Origin: a virus
Virus record (IMG/VR): IMGVR_UViG_3300035698_010625
Coordinates: 41,619-105,618 of that record
Strand: one strand, 5' to 3'
Length of the DNA: 64,000 bases
Part shown: piece by piece, positions 44,028 through 54,911 of the stretch
Layout of the letters: every line of letters begins with the position of its first letter
Position numbering within the stretch: the first letter of the stretch is position 1
Made by a program: the position numbers and the translations under genes
Notes under the pieces: generated by a model
Told to the model about the DNA's origin: nothing
Database searches by the model: none
What the model saw: only the letters and a program-made list of their open reading frames with translations

Positions 44028-44455
44028 AAACTTTCATCCAACTCCATGAAGCATTTTCCAATCCTTATCCTTGGGCTTGGAAAGTTAAAGACGATACTAA
44101 TTGGATAGCAATTGCTCGCGAAGCAAACTTGAGAATTGTTATAGATAAATATCGCAAAACTTGGGAATTGGTTTTTATGATAAATGGTAAAACACGAGCT
44201 ACTGGTGCTGGTGACCAATTCCGCATATTTGCTACAGTACTTGAAGTAACAAAGGATTTCATTGAAAAAGAAAATCCAGAAGAAATAATGTTTACAGCAG
44301 ATAAACCAGAAGGGAACGAAAGCCGCACAAAACTTTATACCCGAATGGTGAAAAAATATTTATCGAAAGGATATAAAGTTAGTACAATCAATGAACCGGG
44401 TCTATATGCTGGTCTTCTTGATCCTAATGTTAAATTTATGATTACAAAGAAATGA
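44024..44455 (+). CDS. Putative internal head protein (paralog of 43605)
   Basis: MKTFIQLHEAFSNPY...TGAGDQFRIFAT...RTKLYTRM. Confidence 0.7.
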   Translation: MKTFIQLHEAFSNPYPWAWKVKDDTNWIAIAREANLRIVIDKYRKTWELVFMINGKTRATGAGDQFRIFATVLEVTKDFIEKENPEEIMFTADKPEGNESRTKLYTRMVKKYLSKGYKVSTINEPGLYAGLLDPNVKFMITKK

Positions 44456-45036
44456 AGTCGTTTAAACATTTCAATGAAGGTATACTCGATGATCTATTAG
44501 CAGATTTTGATGGTGTTTTAGATAATACTACACCATCAAAAGCAGCTGCTACTATTACGCGTGCTAATGACAAAGAAGTACTCCCTGTTTTAAAGCATTT
44601 CAAAATACGTAGATATAAAGCACGCGTGATTAAAGGTACTAAGCCCGATGGGTTCAAGAAATATTTAAGATCGATGCAAGAAGTTAGAACAGAGCTAGGT
44701 GGTAAAGTAACACTCGATGGTGTTCTACAGCTCTTTGCTAATGACAATATGGTTCTCTCTGACAACATTATTCTTGAACTACCAATTGCTGAAATTCATA
44801 AATATCGTGAGTACGATAGAACATTCAAAAATCCCGGTAAGCGTGACACAGAAGAAATGAAAGAACTTGCTGCAAACATTAGAAAAAACGGTATAAAAGA
44901 AGCAGGAATAATCGTAGTGCACCGAAAGAAAAATGGAGACATCACTGCAATTCTAGGTGAAGGTAATCATCGCCTTAGTGTAGCACGCAAATACAAAATA
45001 CCCATGATGAAAATCTGGGTAACTTATTACGGATAA
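44452..45036 (+). CDS. ParB/Srx-domain protein with capsid-targeting-like leader
   Basis: LAANIRKNGIKE..IV...GEGNHRL..A; MKSFKHFNE. Confidence 0.7.
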   Translation: MKSFKHFNEGILDDLLADFDGVLDNTTPSKAAATITRANDKEVLPVLKHFKIRRYKARVIKGTKPDGFKKYLRSMQEVRTELGGKVTLDGVLQLFANDNMVLSDNIILELPIAEIHKYREYDRTFKNPGKRDTEEMKELAANIRKNGIKEAGIIVVHRKKNGDITAILGEGNHRLSVARKYKIPMMKIWVTYYG

Positions 45037-45042
45037 AATATT

Positions 45043-45477
45043 ATGTTTGCAGGTTTTGCATTACAGAAATTATTAGTACTAGCACTCTTTGCATTGAGTT
45101 TGATTTTTGGTGGATTATTCATCAAAGCAAAGATTGCAGACATCACAACACTGCGTGCAAATGCTGTCATATTAGAAACAGCGATTGTAGAGCAGCAAAT
45201 TGTTATCGAACAGAAGATCACTGAAATTGGTGATATACGCGTTGCTATGACACAAACAGAAGTAATCAACACAGAGCTAAGACAAGCACAAATAGACCTT
45301 CAAGATAAATTCACTAAAAGAAAGCCAGACGGTACAAAGCGTGACATTGGTAAGATTGGTATCGCTAAAGATACGCTGCTTGAACGTGTAATAAATAGAG
45401 GTACTATAAAGGCTCTTGCTTGCCTAGAGGATATAACAAATGAAGAAGTTACTGATAGTAGCAATTGCAGTAATTAG
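45043..45477 (+). CDS. Inner-membrane spanin (Rz-like)
   Basis: N-terminal TM helix plus coiled coil, LLERVINRGT, C-terminal Cys residues. Confidence 0.7.
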   Translation: MFAGFALQKLLVLALFALSLIFGGLFIKAKIADITTLRANAVILETAIVEQQIVIEQKITEIGDIRVAMTQTEVINTELRQAQIDLQDKFTKRKPDGTKRDIGKIGIAKDTLLERVINRGTIKALACLEDITNEEVTDSSNCSN

Positions 45478-45826
45478 TTTAACATTAGGTGGATGTTCAA
45501 CTGTAAAACCGATTGAGACCCAAGTAATAGAAGTAGCAAAGACACCACTCGCACTCCCTAACCCAGCGCCTCTTTCTCTTAGTAGAATTGATTGGCACGT
45601 TATAACAATAGGGAATGAAGCAAGAGTATTTGGCGAACTAGCAGAGAAAGGAATTGATCCTATACTCTTTGGATTAACTGATGATGATTACGCGCTTATA
45701 TCATTGAACTTTGAGAAGATCCGGGCTTATATAGTCCAGCAGAAAAATCTTCTCAATCAATATCGCCTCTATTACGAGGGAGTGCCACAAGATGCCACAA
45801 TCATCCCAATCATTGGACCTGAATAA
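45440..45826 (+). CDS. Outer-membrane spanin lipoprotein (Rz1-like)
   Basis: Lipobox LGGC, Pro-rich segment, overlaps the i-spanin. Confidence 0.75.
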   Translation: MKKLLIVAIAVISLTLGGCSTVKPIETQVIEVAKTPLALPNPAPLSLSRIDWHVITIGNEARVFGELAEKGIDPILFGLTDDDYALISLNFEKIRAYIVQQKNLLNQYRLYYEGVPQDATIIPIIGPE

Positions 45827-46118
45827 TAACGGTATCATAACTGAAGAAGAGGTTCGCCTCCAGAATATTATTATGAAAACAGAAACACAAGCACAAATCG
45901 CAAAGTGGGCATTAATAGCAATGATCATTATTACATTGCTTGTGTTTGCTCCAATATTTCCAGATTCGAGAATACTTATTCTTTCAGATCTTCTGACTCT
46001 CTTCTATATTTCCATGGCAGGCATCATTGGTGCGTTTATGGGTGTTAGTGGTTGGATGGCAGTTAAGGGTAAAAACACAGAGGTAAAAGGAAATGGGCCA
46101 GTACAACGACCTACTTAA
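45792..46118 (+). CDS. Holin-like two-TM protein
   Basis: DLNNNG motif, two TM helices, next to the spanins. Confidence 0.5.
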   Translation: MPQSSQSLDLNNNGIITEEEVRLQNIIMKTETQAQIAKWALIAMIIITLLVFAPIFPDSRILILSDLLTLFYISMAGIIGAFMGVSGWMAVKGKNTEVKGNGPVQRPT

Positions 46119-46569
46119 TGGAGAGTTTTATCCACCACGCTCTTGGGTATTAACGGATGAACTTTCATATACTACTGCAGATTTAGAACCTACTGTAATG
46201 AGAGATTTATGGGAACTCCAAGATCTTCACATTACTATGGACGCACACACAAATACACTTGTGGTAACTGCTCCTGTAGATTTTGATACTAATCTAGCGT
46301 CTACTCCACGTTTCATTTGGCCTATTGTTGCGCCATTTGATATTGCCCGTGCAGCAGCGATACATGATTATCTGTATGTTTCTATTGAACAGTATATTGT
46401 TAAACGTCGTGATGTTCCAATGAGAATGAAGAAACGTTTAAAATATGCTGCAGACTCTGTATTCAAGTTAGCGCTATTAGATGCTGAACCAAGTTTACCA
46501 ACATGGAAAATTTTACTTTGTCATTGGTCAGTTGTAATTCTTGGTGGTAAAAATATCATCGGCTTTTAA
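46093..46569 (+). CDS. DUF1353-like protein
   Basis: F.T.LASTPR..W...AAAIHDYLY...AD..F...L. Confidence 0.75.
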   Translation: MGQYNDLLNGEFYPPRSWVLTDELSYTTADLEPTVMRDLWELQDLHITMDAHTNTLVVTAPVDFDTNLASTPRFIWPIVAPFDIARAAAIHDYLYVSIEQYIVKRRDVPMRMKKRLKYAADSVFKLALLDAEPSLPTWKILLCHWSVVILGGKNIIGF

Positions 46570-46657
46570 AGAGAGCCTTCTATTACACTCAGAGTCACTG
46601 ATATACCTTGCCAGCCAACCGTCAGCTATGGTATAATATTCTTGTCCGGAAGGAATA

Positions 46658-47224
46658 TTAAAGGAACTTACAATTATTACCGTGCCATCTGGCGATATTG
46701 CCTTTTGTGGTAATAATTGGGCAATACTCACATGTGTATGTGCTCTTATTTAAATGATCCGCTGCATGTTTATTTCCATACATTGGATTTTTAGAGCCAA
46801 TTTTACTTACACGTATTTTTTCATTTCTTTCTAATGTAATGGTGGGTTTATGACCAAGTTTAAAACTACCACTATTAGTACGAAGTACACTCATTGGATT
46901 ATTATTTTTCATTCGTGTTGATGCATTAGCTCTAGCTTCATCGTTATCAGCCCACCCACCTCCACGGGTTCTGTTATAGCCATTGTGATAAGAGTCATAT
47001 TGTTTAACATATTTTTTTTCTAGAGTATTTAATGTATATAACTTATCGGGAGAACTTGCAATAACTGAAAATGAAAATGACTCTTTTCCAAATTCTCTCA
47101 TTGCTTTATGTAATGGAGAATTCATAGACCAACAGTGCTGATTCCATCTTTTTTTGGGATTTTCAGTGAAACCGATGTAACATAAAGCATTTGTGAGATT
47201 TTCTATTTTATAAATGTAGTACAT
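46658..47224 (-). mobile_element. Free-standing GIY-YIG homing endonuclease (Seg-like)
   Basis: YIYKI.N...YIG, NGYN.T.GG, NUMOD3-like KNPMYG.KH; inverted insertion next to the primase. Confidence 0.85.
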
Positions 47225-47262
47225 TAATTATGCCCGCTTTGTGGTGATAAAGGTATATAAGA

Positions 47263-48288
47263 ATGGCACTTTGGCTTGATATTAAGTACATGGCTTTAAT
47301 CAGTAATCAATTAGAAAGGTACCAGCCGCTTAAGACTCAGCCTTTCTTAGCTAAGTTTCGCTGCAATATCTGTGGTGATAGTCAGAAGCATAAACATAAA
47401 GCACGCGGTTATGTGTACGAAGGAAAGAATGGATTAGCATTCAAGTGCCATAACTGCGCTGCTGCTATGAACTTTTACAGTTTCTTAGAATCAGTATCAC
47501 CAGCGCTCCATAATGAATACCGTGCTGAGAAATACTTTGAAGATGATCGTAAGCGACCTCCTCGTGTACCTGAGCATAAAAAGAAAAGCAAAGCTGAGAA
47601 GACATACTTCAAGAATGGAGATGTCGTTGGAAAAAGTTACCAGTCCATTGCTGAGCTTCCAAAAGATCATCCTGCTCGAGTATATTGTGAAAGTCGTGGC
47701 ATTAGTCTGAAAGGCATGATGCGCTTATATTATGTAGACACTATTGATACTTTAGCGCAGAAGATGGGTGCTTACTTTAAGAAATCTGTTAGGCATCGTA
47801 TCGGATTACCGTTCTTCAATAAGGATGGAACACTCAGTGCTATCACTTGTAGATCACTCGATCCCAATGAAGAGATGCGCTATATTAACGTTAAATTTTA
47901 TGACAACCCTAAGTTATTTGGTGTTGAGCAAGTAACAGATACAAAAAATATCCTCGTAGTTGAAGGTCCATTTGATAGTTTGTTTTTGCCTAATTGCGTT
48001 GCATCTGGAGATAGCAATCTCACACGTGTAAGTAATTGGTTTGATATTGACAAGTGTACACTTATCTTTGACAATGAGCCACGCAACAAACACATTGTTA
48101 AACTGATGCTTGGTGGATGGCATAAAGGATTTAAAGTAGTTATTTGGCCTGAACGGGTAGAAGAGAAAGACATTAATGAGATGGTGCTCAAAGGTCTAGA
48201 TCCATTGACAATGATTAATGAGAACACATTCTCCGGAGCTGAATTGAGACTTCGTACTATAAAATGGAAGAAAGTAAATTATGACTAA
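47263..48288 (+). CDS. gp61: DNA primase (T4 gp61-like)
   Basis: FRC.ICGDS, FKCHNC, VVEGPFDSLF, FDNEPRN, KDINEM. Confidence 0.97.
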   Translation: MALWLDIKYMALISNQLERYQPLKTQPFLAKFRCNICGDSQKHKHKARGYVYEGKNGLAFKCHNCAAAMNFYSFLESVSPALHNEYRAEKYFEDDRKRPPRVPEHKKKSKAEKTYFKNGDVVGKSYQSIAELPKDHPARVYCESRGISLKGMMRLYYVDTIDTLAQKMGAYFKKSVRHRIGLPFFNKDGTLSAITCRSLDPNEEMRYINVKFYDNPKLFGVEQVTDTKNILVVEGPFDSLFLPNCVASGDSNLTRVSNWFDIDKCTLIFDNEPRNKHIVKLMLGGWHKGFKVVIWPERVEEKDINEMVLKGLDPLTMINENTFSGAELRLRTIKWKKVNYD

Positions 48289-48631
48289 TGAAACACATAT
48301 TTATTGTGAAGATTGTAAATGGTTTAAACCACCTCTACGATATATCGGGTGGTTTTTTGGCGATGTAGCAGGATGTAGTAATCCAAACAATTCTTCTATA
48401 AATTTATTGCAACGTAATAAAGCATATCGTGATTGTGGTTATGCCCGCTCTACTGAAAATCTTTGTGGGATAAAAGCAAGACATTTTGAGCCTACTTCAT
48501 CTGGTTTAATGCGCAAATTTATTGAAGAATACGAAGCACGAGATAATGCAATTCATACTCCACCGTTTAAAGAAGCTAAAGCAGAACCAGGATGTAATTC
48601 TAGTAACTATCGCTATGATCCAGGAGAATAA
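48281..48631 (+). CDS. Cys-rich hypothetical protein
   Basis: CEDCKW...C...C...CG..ARHFEP. Confidence 0.6.
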   Translation: MTNETHIYCEDCKWFKPPLRYIGWFFGDVAGCSNPNNSSINLLQRNKAYRDCGYARSTENLCGIKARHFEPTSSGLMRKFIEEYEARDNAIHTPPFKEAKAEPGCNSSNYRYDPGE

Positions 48632-48633
48632 TT

Positions 48634-48927
48634 ATGAAAACACCACAAGATCGTATAAATGAATATGATAAGTACATCTTTATACTCAAAGAAGATCGTG
48701 AAGCAATTCACCGTAGAACACTTAGTGCACTCACTAGCGCTACTTTCTATCAACGGCGTATGATGGAGCAAGAAGAAAGTATACTCATGGCATTAGAAGC
48801 ATTAAGAATAAGAGACGGTAAACACGCCTGGAATATTCTTTGTGATGAAATGTCGTGGACTCGTAATATTTCTAAAGATGAAAAACCCACCCGACTATCA
48901 AGATTCATTAACCCTAAAGAAGAGTAA
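48634..48927 (+). CDS. Hypothetical protein
   Basis: ORF with a GGAG RBS. Confidence 0.6.
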   Translation: MKTPQDRINEYDKYIFILKEDREAIHRRTLSALTSATFYQRRMMEQEESILMALEALRIRDGKHAWNILCDEMSWTRNISKDEKPTRLSRFINPKEE

Positions 48928-48929
48928 AC

Positions 48930-49601
48930 ATGGCAGACTATATAGCAAAACTAGTAGGATTCACTACACCTACTGAAGAATTTATCCGTGACATGATTGA
49001 GTCACCAGAAGACTTGATTGCTTACTGTGCACGTGTAAGTAATCCTAGCAATCAATTGAACACACAAACTGCAAGTAAATTGCTTGATTATTGTGCACGT
49101 AACAATCATTGGTCAATATTTGAAATGTGTAACGCTGTTGTGGAAATTAATCTTACACGTGACATCGGCCGCCAAGTACTTCGGCATAGATCATTCAGCT
49201 TTCAAGAGTTCAGTCAACGGTATGCGTCAGTAGCAGAAATGCATCCTATGGTATGCGAAGTACGTCTTCAAGATACTAAGAATAGACAGAATTCTATCGC
49301 TACTGACGACGAAGATTTAGCGTTATGGTGGAATGAAAAGCAATATGAAATCTGGCTGGAGTGTATGGATCTTTACAAAGAAGCACTTGACAGAGGTATT
49401 GCAAAAGAATTAGCGCGTAAGGTTATGCCAGAAGGTCTAACACCCTCACGTATGTATATGAATGGTACTATCAGATCGTGGATCCATTACATTGGTTTAC
49501 GCACAGGACACGGCACCCAAAAAGAACATATTGATGTTGCCCGTGCTATCGGTAATGTACTCATTCCTATCTATCCAGACATTGTTCGGGTTATGAAATG
49601 A
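48930..49601 (+). CDS. thyX: Flavin-dependent thymidylate synthase
   Basis: HWSIFE, RHRSFSFQEFSQRY, AKELAR, RSWIHY. Confidence 0.97.
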   Translation: MADYIAKLVGFTTPTEEFIRDMIESPEDLIAYCARVSNPSNQLNTQTASKLLDYCARNNHWSIFEMCNAVVEINLTRDIGRQVLRHRSFSFQEFSQRYASVAEMHPMVCEVRLQDTKNRQNSIATDDEDLALWWNEKQYEIWLECMDLYKEALDRGIAKELARKVMPEGLTPSRMYMNGTIRSWIHYIGLRTGHGTQKEHIDVARAIGNVLIPIYPDIVRVMK

Positions 49602-49698
49602 AACCAAATGATGATTTTGTGTATGATATAATCATCTGGTATTCCTGGTAATCTCACTAATATATAAACTTACTAAACAATAATAACAAGGAAAATGA

Positions 49699-51489
49699 AT
49701 GGAATTTCATGGTATTACAGTCGACCCAAACCGCGACGAACTATTTGATGAAAACGGAATCCAACGCTTAAAAGATTCATACATGCGTGATGAAGAGATT
49801 TCACCACAAGAACGTTTCGCGTTCGTGTCAAAGACTTTTGCTACTGACGCAGCACATGCTCAACGACTGTACGACTATGCTTCCCAACACTGGCTTTCTT
49901 ACTCTACACCAATCCTATCATACGGTAAATCAAGAAATGGACTCCCAATCTCTTGTTATCTCAATTGGATTCCGGATACTTCCGAGGGCCTTGTAGATAC
50001 ACTAGCAGAAACAAACTGGTTATCAATGCTTGGAGGTGGTGTTGGTGTAGGCTTTGGTATTCGCTCATCAGACGATAAGTCTACTGGAGTGATGCCACAT
50101 CTTAAAATGTATGACGCTTCTTCATTAGCATACCGTCAGGGCAAGACACGTCGTGGATCATACGCTGCATATCTTAACATTGAACACCCAGACATTATTC
50201 AGTTCTTGGAGATGCGTAAACCCACAGGTGATCAAAATTTCAGATGTTTAAACCTACATCATGGCGTGAATGTAAGTAACAAATTCATGAAGATCATTGA
50301 AGAAGCTATGACTAATCCAGATGTCGATGACTCTTGGGAGTTAAAGGATCCACACTCTGGTGAAGTAGTAGAGACGGTGTCGGCAAAGGATATGTGGCAA
50401 CGAATTATCGAGACGCGTATGCATACAGGAGAACCTTATCTACACTTCATTGATACTTCTAACGACCACTTAAAGCAATGGTTTAAGGATGCAGGACTAT
50501 CCATTAAACAATCAAATCTCTGCTCCGAAATTACTTTAGTTACTGATCTTCTACGCACTGCTGTATGCTGTCTATCGTCACTCAATCTTGTTTACTTCGA
50601 TCAATGGTCTACTAACAAAATGTTCCTTGCTGATGTACTGGAGATGCTTGATAATGTACTTCAATACTTTATCGAAAACGCTCCAGATTCTATCTCACGT
50701 GCTGTCTTCTCTGCTATGGATGAACGTTCGGTTGGTGTTGGAGCACTAGGCTTCCATGCTTATCTACAACAGAAGAATATACCATTTGAGTCAGCAATGG
50801 CTAAATCGACTAATATGCGAATCTTTAAACATATTCGTACACAACTCGATCTTGCTAATGTCATGCTCGCTAAGAAACGCGGTGAAGCACCTTTAGCAAA
50901 AGGATATGGCGTACGTAACTCGCATGTAATGGCAATCGCTCCTAATGCTTCATCATCGATTATTATGGGTAACACTAGCCCATCTATCGAACCATGGCGC
51001 GCTAACGCTTATCGGCAAGATACACTAAGTGGTTCCTTTCTCAACAAAAATAAACATTTAGATGCTTTAATAGTGAGTAAGGTATCATCTGATCCTACAT
51101 TAGATTATGATAAGATTTGGAGTAGCATAATTTCAAGTGATGGCTCTGTCCAACATCTGAAATGTCTCGACGATTATGAGAAAGACATTTATAAGACAGC
51201 AATGGAGATTGACCAACGTTGGGTAGTTGAACACGCAGCTGATAGACAGCCGTTCATTGACCAAGCACAGTCACTGAACTTATTCTTTAGACCAGATGCT
51301 AACATTAAGTATCTACATGCTGTACATTTCTTAGCCTGGTCTAAAGGACTGAAAACACTCTACTATTGCCGCTCTGAAAAGATTGGTAAAGCAGACAAAA
51401 TCTCCAAACGTGTAGAACGTAATGTAATTAAAGAGTTAGATATGACAGCGATTGCAGCAGGTGAAGATTGTATCGCATGTGAGGGTTAA
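49699..51489 (+). CDS. nrdA: Ribonucleotide reductase class I alpha subunit (no ATP cone)
   Basis: PISC, SNLCSEI, IAPNASSS, KTLYY, C-terminal CIACEG. Confidence 0.96.
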   Translation: MEFHGITVDPNRDELFDENGIQRLKDSYMRDEEISPQERFAFVSKTFATDAAHAQRLYDYASQHWLSYSTPILSYGKSRNGLPISCYLNWIPDTSEGLVDTLAETNWLSMLGGGVGVGFGIRSSDDKSTGVMPHLKMYDASSLAYRQGKTRRGSYAAYLNIEHPDIIQFLEMRKPTGDQNFRCLNLHHGVNVSNKFMKIIEEAMTNPDVDDSWELKDPHSGEVVETVSAKDMWQRIIETRMHTGEPYLHFIDTSNDHLKQWFKDAGLSIKQSNLCSEITLVTDLLRTAVCCLSSLNLVYFDQWSTNKMFLADVLEMLDNVLQYFIENAPDSISRAVFSAMDERSVGVGALGFHAYLQQKNIPFESAMAKSTNMRIFKHIRTQLDLANVMLAKKRGEAPLAKGYGVRNSHVMAIAPNASSSIIMGNTSPSIEPWRANAYRQDTLSGSFLNKNKHLDALIVSKVSSDPTLDYDKIWSSIISSDGSVQHLKCLDDYEKDIYKTAMEIDQRWVVEHAADRQPFIDQAQSLNLFFRPDANIKYLHAVHFLAWSKGLKTLYYCRSEKIGKADKISKRVERNVIKELDMTAIAAGEDCIACEG

Positions 51490-51640
51490 ATGACACAACG
51501 CGTAATATCAGAAGCAGATGAATTTAAAGTAATTTTAGATGAAAATGGAATGATTGATATAATAGACGGAGAAGAAGTTATCCGTGTAACTATGTTTGAA
51601 GACGAATGGGACGCACTCTACGCTTCCTACGTAAAAGGAG

Positions 51641-51913
51641 ATGTATATTATGTTTGGACTTAAAACTCTGGTCACTGTTGCAAAGAATCGTATTAGTGAT
51701 GCAGCTGAAACAATCGGAGATAAAGCAGCAGATTTGATTGATGACGCTACTGATGCTCTGGATGAAGTTGGTGAAAAAGCACAAGAGCTAAAAATTGCAG
51801 CTGGTACAAAAGCGCAAGCAATGAGTGAAGCTGCAAGTGATAAGTATGAAGACAGTAAAGAGCGTGTTAATCGTGCTGTCGGTGAATTCAAAAAGGATAA
51901 TGATGAATACTAA
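51641..51913 (+). CDS. LEA/YtxH-like helical repeat protein
   Basis: Ala/Asp/Lys amphipathic repeats. Confidence 0.55.
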   Translation: MYIMFGLKTLVTVAKNRISDAAETIGDKAADLIDDATDALDEVGEKAQELKIAAGTKAQAMSEAASDKYEDSKERVNRAVGEFKKDNDEY

Positions 51914-52550
51914 TAGCGCACCACAGCTTATCAATGAATTACGAAAATTAATTCAACATCGGCGAAGCACAGATACAAATGATGCTCGTTTATCTAGTTC
52001 AGTTATATTATGTGGGAGCCGAAGTAAAGCTGCGGGTTTAACAAATTTGAAAACCCCACCTCGTTGGGCACCTGCTGTCCGCAAGCATTTTCAAGAAAAT
52101 GATGAATCTATCGATTTTGATTACTGTATAGACAATAGTAATTTTTATCATCTTTTAGAATTTGCTAGATTGTATCATTCTGAAGGATTGACACTCGATA
52201 ACTACACTCACTATAAAGATAATATGTGTGTAGCTGTGGTAAAGAGTGCTAAACACAACCTTCAAATTGTAGTACGCACTAGTCTTATGCAGTATATGTC
52301 AGTTTGGAATGACATTTGCCCAGAATTTTTCTTTGGTTATATGTGGAAATCCCATCACTTGGTACCTTCACTATATGAAAGAAATTCTAGATCTGAGCAT
52401 TGGATTACACAAGAAGATGTTTTAAACACTATGAACAGTCTATTTCAAATTGGGCATGTACATGGTTCATATTTAATTGATCACAGTTCATGGATTATGT
52501 CAGAGACTCCAGAATTAGTCATTAAAGTTCACGAAGCACTGGATTTATAG
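51900..52550 (+). CDS. Hypothetical protein (possible Pol-beta-like NTase)
   Basis: ILCGSRS...DFDY pattern. Confidence 0.45.
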   Translation: MMNTNSAPQLINELRKLIQHRRSTDTNDARLSSSVILCGSRSKAAGLTNLKTPPRWAPAVRKHFQENDESIDFDYCIDNSNFYHLLEFARLYHSEGLTLDNYTHYKDNMCVAVVKSAKHNLQIVVRTSLMQYMSVWNDICPEFFFGYMWKSHHLVPSLYERNSRSEHWITQEDVLNTMNSLFQIGHVHGSYLIDHSSWIMSETPELVIKVHEALDL

Positions 52551-52551
52551 A

Positions 52552-53460
52552 ATGAGAATTGCAGTATTATATCACTCCCTTAATGGTCAAAAACATTGTG
52601 ATGATGGATTTGGTTCTTATTGGGTAGCACGTAGAAGTCTTGGTGATGGCGCTGATTACTATCCAGTACAACACGGTCAACCACATCCTTTAACACTTAG
52701 CGATTATGACCACGTCTATATTATTGACTTTTGTTATGCTCGCGCTACGCTCTTAGAAATGGCGGAAGGTTTATCTGATGGTCTCACTATCCTCGATCAT
52801 CATATCACTGCCCGTGATGATGTAGAAGGCCTGGATGATCATCCCAAGATTAATCTTAAATTCGACATGGATCACTCTGGTGCTATGCTCGCATGGATGC
52901 ATTTCTTTCATGATTACATGCTACCACCACCAGGAATTCAGTATATTGAAGACAATGATTTGTGGTTGTTTAATCACCCAGAAACAAAATCGTACATCAG
53001 GGCGCTTCGTGCATATGAGCAGGATTTTGACGTATGGACTGATATACTAACTAATCGAGAAACTATTGAGAGAATGGTGAGTCTTGAAGGACCGATTCTC
53101 GAAGCAAATTTCAACAAGTCAGTAAAAGAACACGTTGATACTTGCACTTGGGGTATTATTGGTGGAATGAAAGTTCCGATGTCTTCTTGTTCTCCTGAAT
53201 ACGTTTCTGATGTTTGTATGGAGCTAACTAACAAATATCCTGAAGCTAAATTCAGTGCAGCATATGTAGTCTATGGGAATATGGTTAAATTATCATTCCG
53301 TTCAAATCGTGATCTTAGCAATTTTAATGTAGGTACAGTCGCTAGTATTTTTGGCGGAGGTGGTCACCGTAATGCTTCTGGTTGCCAAATCAATTTATCA
53401 CAACTACAAGTGATGCATGATCTTGCGCCTTTCTTTGAAGGAGCGTATCCAGATACCTAG
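52552..53460 (+). CDS. DHH/DHHA1 phosphoesterase (nanoRNase-like)
   Basis: CDDG, IIDF, LDHH, SGA, DNDLW, SFRS, GGGGHRNASG. Confidence 0.92.
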   Translation: MRIAVLYHSLNGQKHCDDGFGSYWVARRSLGDGADYYPVQHGQPHPLTLSDYDHVYIIDFCYARATLLEMAEGLSDGLTILDHHITARDDVEGLDDHPKINLKFDMDHSGAMLAWMHFFHDYMLPPPGIQYIEDNDLWLFNHPETKSYIRALRAYEQDFDVWTDILTNRETIERMVSLEGPILEANFNKSVKEHVDTCTWGIIGGMKVPMSSCSPEYVSDVCMELTNKYPEAKFSAAYVVYGNMVKLSFRSNRDLSNFNVGTVASIFGGGGHRNASGCQINLSQLQVMHDLAPFFEGAYPDT

Positions 53461-53728
53461 AGGTCATCACCATGGATTTACTTACAGCTTTAGTAGTAAT
53501 GGCGCTCTTTCTGACTATAACAAATCATTTTATATCAGAAAAAATGTGGGAAGATCCTACTGCTATTAAACTTCAATATATGAACTATTTGTTCGCTTCG
53601 ATATTCATGCTAATATTCGTATATTCAGCAATTTTTTTAGTCGGTTTTGTCATACCGGTTATCTCAGTATTCCTAATTTGAAAACTAATACATAATGAAG
53701 AGGAACACATAATAAAGGTTAAGACTAC

Positions 53729-54688
53729 ATGTTAACAGATGAGAGAGCGTACTTCAAACCATTCAATTACGCATGGGCATATGATTTATGGCTGAAGCAC
53801 GAACAGGCACACTGGTTATTTTCAGAAGTGCCAATGATCGAGGATATGAAGGACTGGAAGATAAAGATTAATACAGTCGAGCGGTATTTTCTTACACAGA
53901 TTTTCCGCTTCTTTACACAATCAGATATTGATGTAGCAGGTGGGTACGTTAACAATTACTTACCTAAATTTCCACAGCCCGAAGTGCGGATGATGTTGAT
54001 GGGATTTGCAGCGAGAGAAGCAATTCATATCGCTGCTTATTCACACCTAATTGAAACACTAGGAATGCCTGATAGTACGTATAACGAATTCTTTGAATAT
54101 GATGCAATGCGGGAAAAACACGAATATTTTGCGTCTTTTGATAATGCAGAAGTAACAACATCACTACCCGCCCGCATGGCAGCAATATCAGTGTTCACAG
54201 AAGGATTAGCACTCTTTTCTTCTTTCATCATGTTACTTAATTTTCCACGTCACGGGAAGATGAAAGGTATGGGGCAGATTATTACTTGGTCTATTGTAGA
54301 TGAAACGATGCACGTAGAAGGAATTGTAAGACTCTTCCGTACGTACGTTGAAGAAAATAGAGAGATTTGGAACGACGAATTAAAAGAGCAGATTTACAGT
54401 ATCGCTGAAACAATGGTAGAACTTGAAGATAAGTTTGTAGACCTCGCTTTCAAGATGGGCGACATGGAAAATCTGACAGGTGATGAGGTCAAAAAGTATA
54501 TTAGATACATAGCTGACAGAAGACTCATCTCGCTTGGTATGAAAGGTATCTTTAAGGTTAAGACTAATCCTCTTCCCTGGGTTACTACGATGATTGAAGC
54601 ACCGATTCACACGAACTTCTTTGAATCACGTGCTACTGATTATGCTAAAGGCTCACTAGGAGGTTCTTGGGAACACGTGTGGGCATAA
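53729..54688 (+). CDS. nrdB: Ribonucleotide reductase class I beta subunit
   Basis: FFTQSD, EAIH..AY, EG..LFSSF, DETMH, NFFE. Confidence 0.96.
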   Translation: MLTDERAYFKPFNYAWAYDLWLKHEQAHWLFSEVPMIEDMKDWKIKINTVERYFLTQIFRFFTQSDIDVAGGYVNNYLPKFPQPEVRMMLMGFAAREAIHIAAYSHLIETLGMPDSTYNEFFEYDAMREKHEYFASFDNAEVTTSLPARMAAISVFTEGLALFSSFIMLLNFPRHGKMKGMGQIITWSIVDETMHVEGIVRLFRTYVEENREIWNDELKEQIYSIAETMVELEDKFVDLAFKMGDMENLTGDEVKKYIRYIADRRLISLGMKGIFKVKTNPLPWVTTMIEAPIHTNFFESRATDYAKGSLGGSWEHVWA

Positions 54689-54710
54689 AATAATAAGAAA
54701 AGGAAAGTAT

Positions 54711-54911
54711 ATGGAATATTGGTCCCTGAGTGAAGATTACAATTGTGAATGTGGCGTATCATTCGTCATAAGCCACAATGAAACAACCGACCCGATTTGT
54801 TGTCCCTTTTGTCGTCAGGATTCTCTGATAGATAATAGTAAGGATGAGGATGCCGCTCCGTGGGCAGACCTCGACGACGAGGACGATGACATAGAGTATG
54901 ACGAAGACTAG
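54711..54911 (+). CDS. Small Zn-ribbon protein
   Basis: CECG...CPFC with an acidic tail. Confidence 0.65.
   Translation: MEYWSLSEDYNCECGVSFVISHNETTDPICCPFCRQDSLIDNSKDEDAAPWADLDDEDDDIEYDED

Noticed and set aside
27177-54688. Introns or inteins in gp43, gp41, thyX, nrdA or nrdB
   Set aside because: ORFs are continuous and of normal length, with no intein motifs
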